Source of the DNA: Octopus sinensis | Lineage: Eukaryota | Reading direction: 5' to 3' | DNA length: 64,000 bases | Assembly (NCBI RefSeq): GCF_006345805.1 | Contig: NC_043006.1 | Location: forward strand, 14,136,001-14,200,000 | Part shown: positions 63,095 through 64,000 of the stretch, one piece after another | How positions within the stretch are numbered: position 1 is the stretch's first letter | Layout of the letters: every line of letters begins with the position of its first letter | Translations under genes and position numbers: made by a program | The notes under the pieces: generated by a model | What the model was told of the DNA's origin: nothing | The model's database searches: none | The model's input: only the letters and a program-made list of their open reading frames with translations

Positions 63095-63465
63095 CATCAT
63101 CATCATCATCATCGTTTAACGTCCGCTTTCCATGCTAGCATGGGTTGGACGGTTCAACTGGGGTCTGGCAAGCTCGAAGGCTGCACCAGGCTCCAGTCAG
63201 ATCTGGCAGTGTTTCTACAGCTGGATGCCCTTCCTAACGCCAACCACTCCGAGAGTGTAGTGGGTGATTTTATGTGCCACCGACACAGGTGCCAGACGAG
63301 GCTGGCAGACGGCCACACTCGGATGGTGTTTTTATGTGCCACCAACAAAGGTGCCAGATGAGGCTGGCAGACGGCCACGCTTGGATGGTATTTTTATGTG
63401 CCACCGACACAGGTGCCAGACGAGGCTGGCGAACGGCCACGCTCGGATGGTGTTTGTTACGTGCC
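63095..63465 (-). mobile_element. RTE-tail SINE (family F) with three 62-bp internal repeats
   Basis: tatgtgcc recurs at 63271, 63333 and 63395. Confidence 0.78.
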
Positions 63466-64000
63466 CTCTTTTTTTTTAAGGCATAAGAGAGATTAGCTGC
63501 TATTTCTAGCAAGTTGACTACCCGCACAGAAACTTCACACATTGGTTGATGAAAACATGATATAACTACCACAAGCAGGAATACTACAGTGGCATGGGTC
63601 AGACAGTGTCAGAGCTATGCCATCGGGAACTTCAGTTCCTGGTAGGGCCACTCAAGGTGGATTGGTCTAACACCAAGTGGTATTAGGGCCACAACCCGGC
63701 AGACGGGGCTCTGGTGAAAATCCTCGGAGTGTCTGTTTCGGCAACCGGCGGATCCTCAGTCGTTCTGTCCCTGCGTCTGCGGACAATCTGCGGCAAACAG
63801 GATGTCTCTACATGCGGGATTTTTGGGGACCGCTTGTCAAATCCACATATTCCCACAAAACTTCTTCCACTGCCATGGTTCGAGATGCCACGAGGGTGGT
63901 GGAAGAAGCCGACTCAACCCGCCCAGGGTGAATGTCGCCACAAGCGTGGACCGAGTATATTTTTATCCTTCCACCAACACTAAAGATGTTATGCCCAACT

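Noticed and set aside
63560-64000. GC-rich structured region, possibly a LINE 5' UTR with an HDV-like ribozyme
   Set aside because: I could not fit the nested double pseudoknot by eye and the element runs off the window; an Infernal search would be needed.

Overview
AT-rich, repeat-saturated eukaryotic DNA. The SINE types and dense (TA)n/(TATG)n/(GATA)n microsatellites suggest an octopus or other coleoid cephalopod genome (inference). No host protein-coding gene is supported; most ORF-track entries are microsatellite or repeat artefacts. The window holds decayed LINEs (CR1/L2-type, R4/Dong-type, RTE 3' ends), Penelope-like element (PLE) fragments with GIY-YIG endonuclease, mariner fossils, Helitrons, MITEs, a solo-LTR-like insert, many copies of several SINE families (mostly tRNA-derived) and a 14-copy 227-bp SINE-derived satellite. 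The standout is a set of 16 hammerhead-ribozyme (HHR) motifs read by eye, mostly in (TA)n-anchored non-coding elements. The clearest is a nearly mutation-free 491-bp unit at 43729-46311, with one type I HHR per unit that has an unusually long stem II. It is arranged as two head-to-head tandem arrays (1101-bp inverted arms) inside the (TA)n of a SINE. Two diverged relatives (42.2 kb, 57.8 kb) keep all three helices through compensatory changes. This looks like a retrozyme-like, probably PLE-mobilised, self-cleaving RNA element family. Ribozyme activity and mechanism are inferred, not shown.
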